Assembly: GCA_900319685.1 (NCBI GenBank)
Contig: ONPI01000010.1
Coordinates: forward strand, 1-46,319
Source: an uncultured Bacteroidales bacterium
Lineage (GTDB): Bacteria; Bacteroidota; Bacteroidia; Bacteroidales; UBA932
Length of the DNA: 46,319 bases
Direction: 5' to 3'
The position numbers were made by a program, and so were the translations under genes. The notes under the pieces are model-generated. The model was given only the letters and a program-made list of their open reading frames with translations. It did not search any database and had not been told where the DNA came from. Positions 45,871 to 46,319 of this stretch are shown one piece after another; within the stretch, counting starts at the first letter, position 1; each line of letters starts with the position of its first letter.

Positions 45871-46319
45871 CACTCAGCGGCCTTGAAAAGCCCCGGATCA
45901 AGGCTTACGTTGTACTTGACGTTGGAAAGGGTAATCACGGTCCTCCCCTGGCTCTCCTCGAGTTCCACCTGGCGGACTCTGTTGTCAGCCCCGAAAAGCA
46001 GCCTTATCTTCGTGAACATCTGCTTCATCTCACGCTTCAGGGGCACAAGTTCGGCCACATATCCTTTGCCCGGAGAATACATCGTCACCTTGAAGGAAGA
46101 ATCGTTCAGGTTGATTCCCGTGAGGCTGCCCGCCATCAGTCCAGCCATGCTCCTGAACATCCTGTTGGACTTCATCTGGTCCTTGTCGGTGACAAAAACG
46201 CTCTTCGAGGGCTTCAGATATTCCCATCGAAGGCTGCCGTCCTGGAAATACATTTTCCCGGAAGAAACCATCTTCTCCTTGACGATGGCCATCTCCTTTA
46301 CCTGCATGAAATCAGCCTG
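45870..46319 (-). CDS. LolA-like lipoprotein/lipid carrier protein, 5'-truncated by the window edge
   Basis: The frame is open to base 46319. ADFMQVKEM..VSSGKMYF...LRWEYLKP...LVP...TVITLSNVKYN. Confidence 0.8.
   Translation of the reverse strand, partial: QADFMQVKEMAIVKEKMVSSGKMYFQDGSLRWEYLKPSKSVFVTDKDQMKSNRMFRSMAGLMAGSLTGINLNDSSFKVTMYSPGKGYVAELVPLKREMKQMFTKIRLLFGADNRVRQVELEESQGRTVITLSNVKYNVSLDPGLFKAAE

Larger units (their letters stand above)
33797..46319. other. Partial flexirubin/aryl-polyene-like biosynthetic gene cluster
   Basis: Co-location of KS, FabG, FabZ-like, aryl-CoA ligase, acyltransferases, MMPL, GT2, LolA-like and FAD reductase genes. Confidence 0.75.

Noticed and set aside
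1-46319. Stop-codon reassignment or programmed frameshifts
   Set aside because: Recognisable genes are full-length in the standard code and end in TAA, TAG or TGA. I saw no split conserved gene.

Overview
This is a gene-dense chromosomal window of about 55% GC from a Bacteroidales bacterium. The TAnnTTTG promoters, Bat operon and Bacteroidota-type ParC support that assignment; a gut or rumen lineage is my inference. Positions 1-33.8 kb are mostly housekeeping and envelope genes: EnvC-like M23 peptidase, tsaE, one tRNA, YifB/ComM ATPase, a nucleoside kinase, the MoxR/DUF58/BatA-B-C-(D+E fused) operon, truA, exbB-exbD-tonB, an RluB-type pseudouridine synthase, era, parC, aroK, a TrmH methylase, lysS, recJ, aroE, ssb, purA, an ECF sigma/anti-sigma/beta-barrel operon and a Dcu transporter. 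Positions 33.8-46.3 kb are part of a flexirubin/aryl-polyene-like type II fatty-acid/polyketide cluster (FabG, FAD desaturase/reductase, KS, acyltransferase, aryl-CoA ligase, esterase, MMPL-acyltransferase fusion, GT2, dehydratase, LolA-like) that runs off the right edge. The most unusual signal is a structurally intact tRNA-Pro with an AGG (A34) anticodon at 1274-1346, an isoacceptor bacteria normally lack. It coincides with a strong CCT-over-CCC proline codon skew in otherwise C-ending genes. Palindromic repeat-like elements occur at 34615-34717 and 45342-45490, including a T-shaped three-way-junction hairpin. I saw no transposase, integrase, prophage or CRISPR array.
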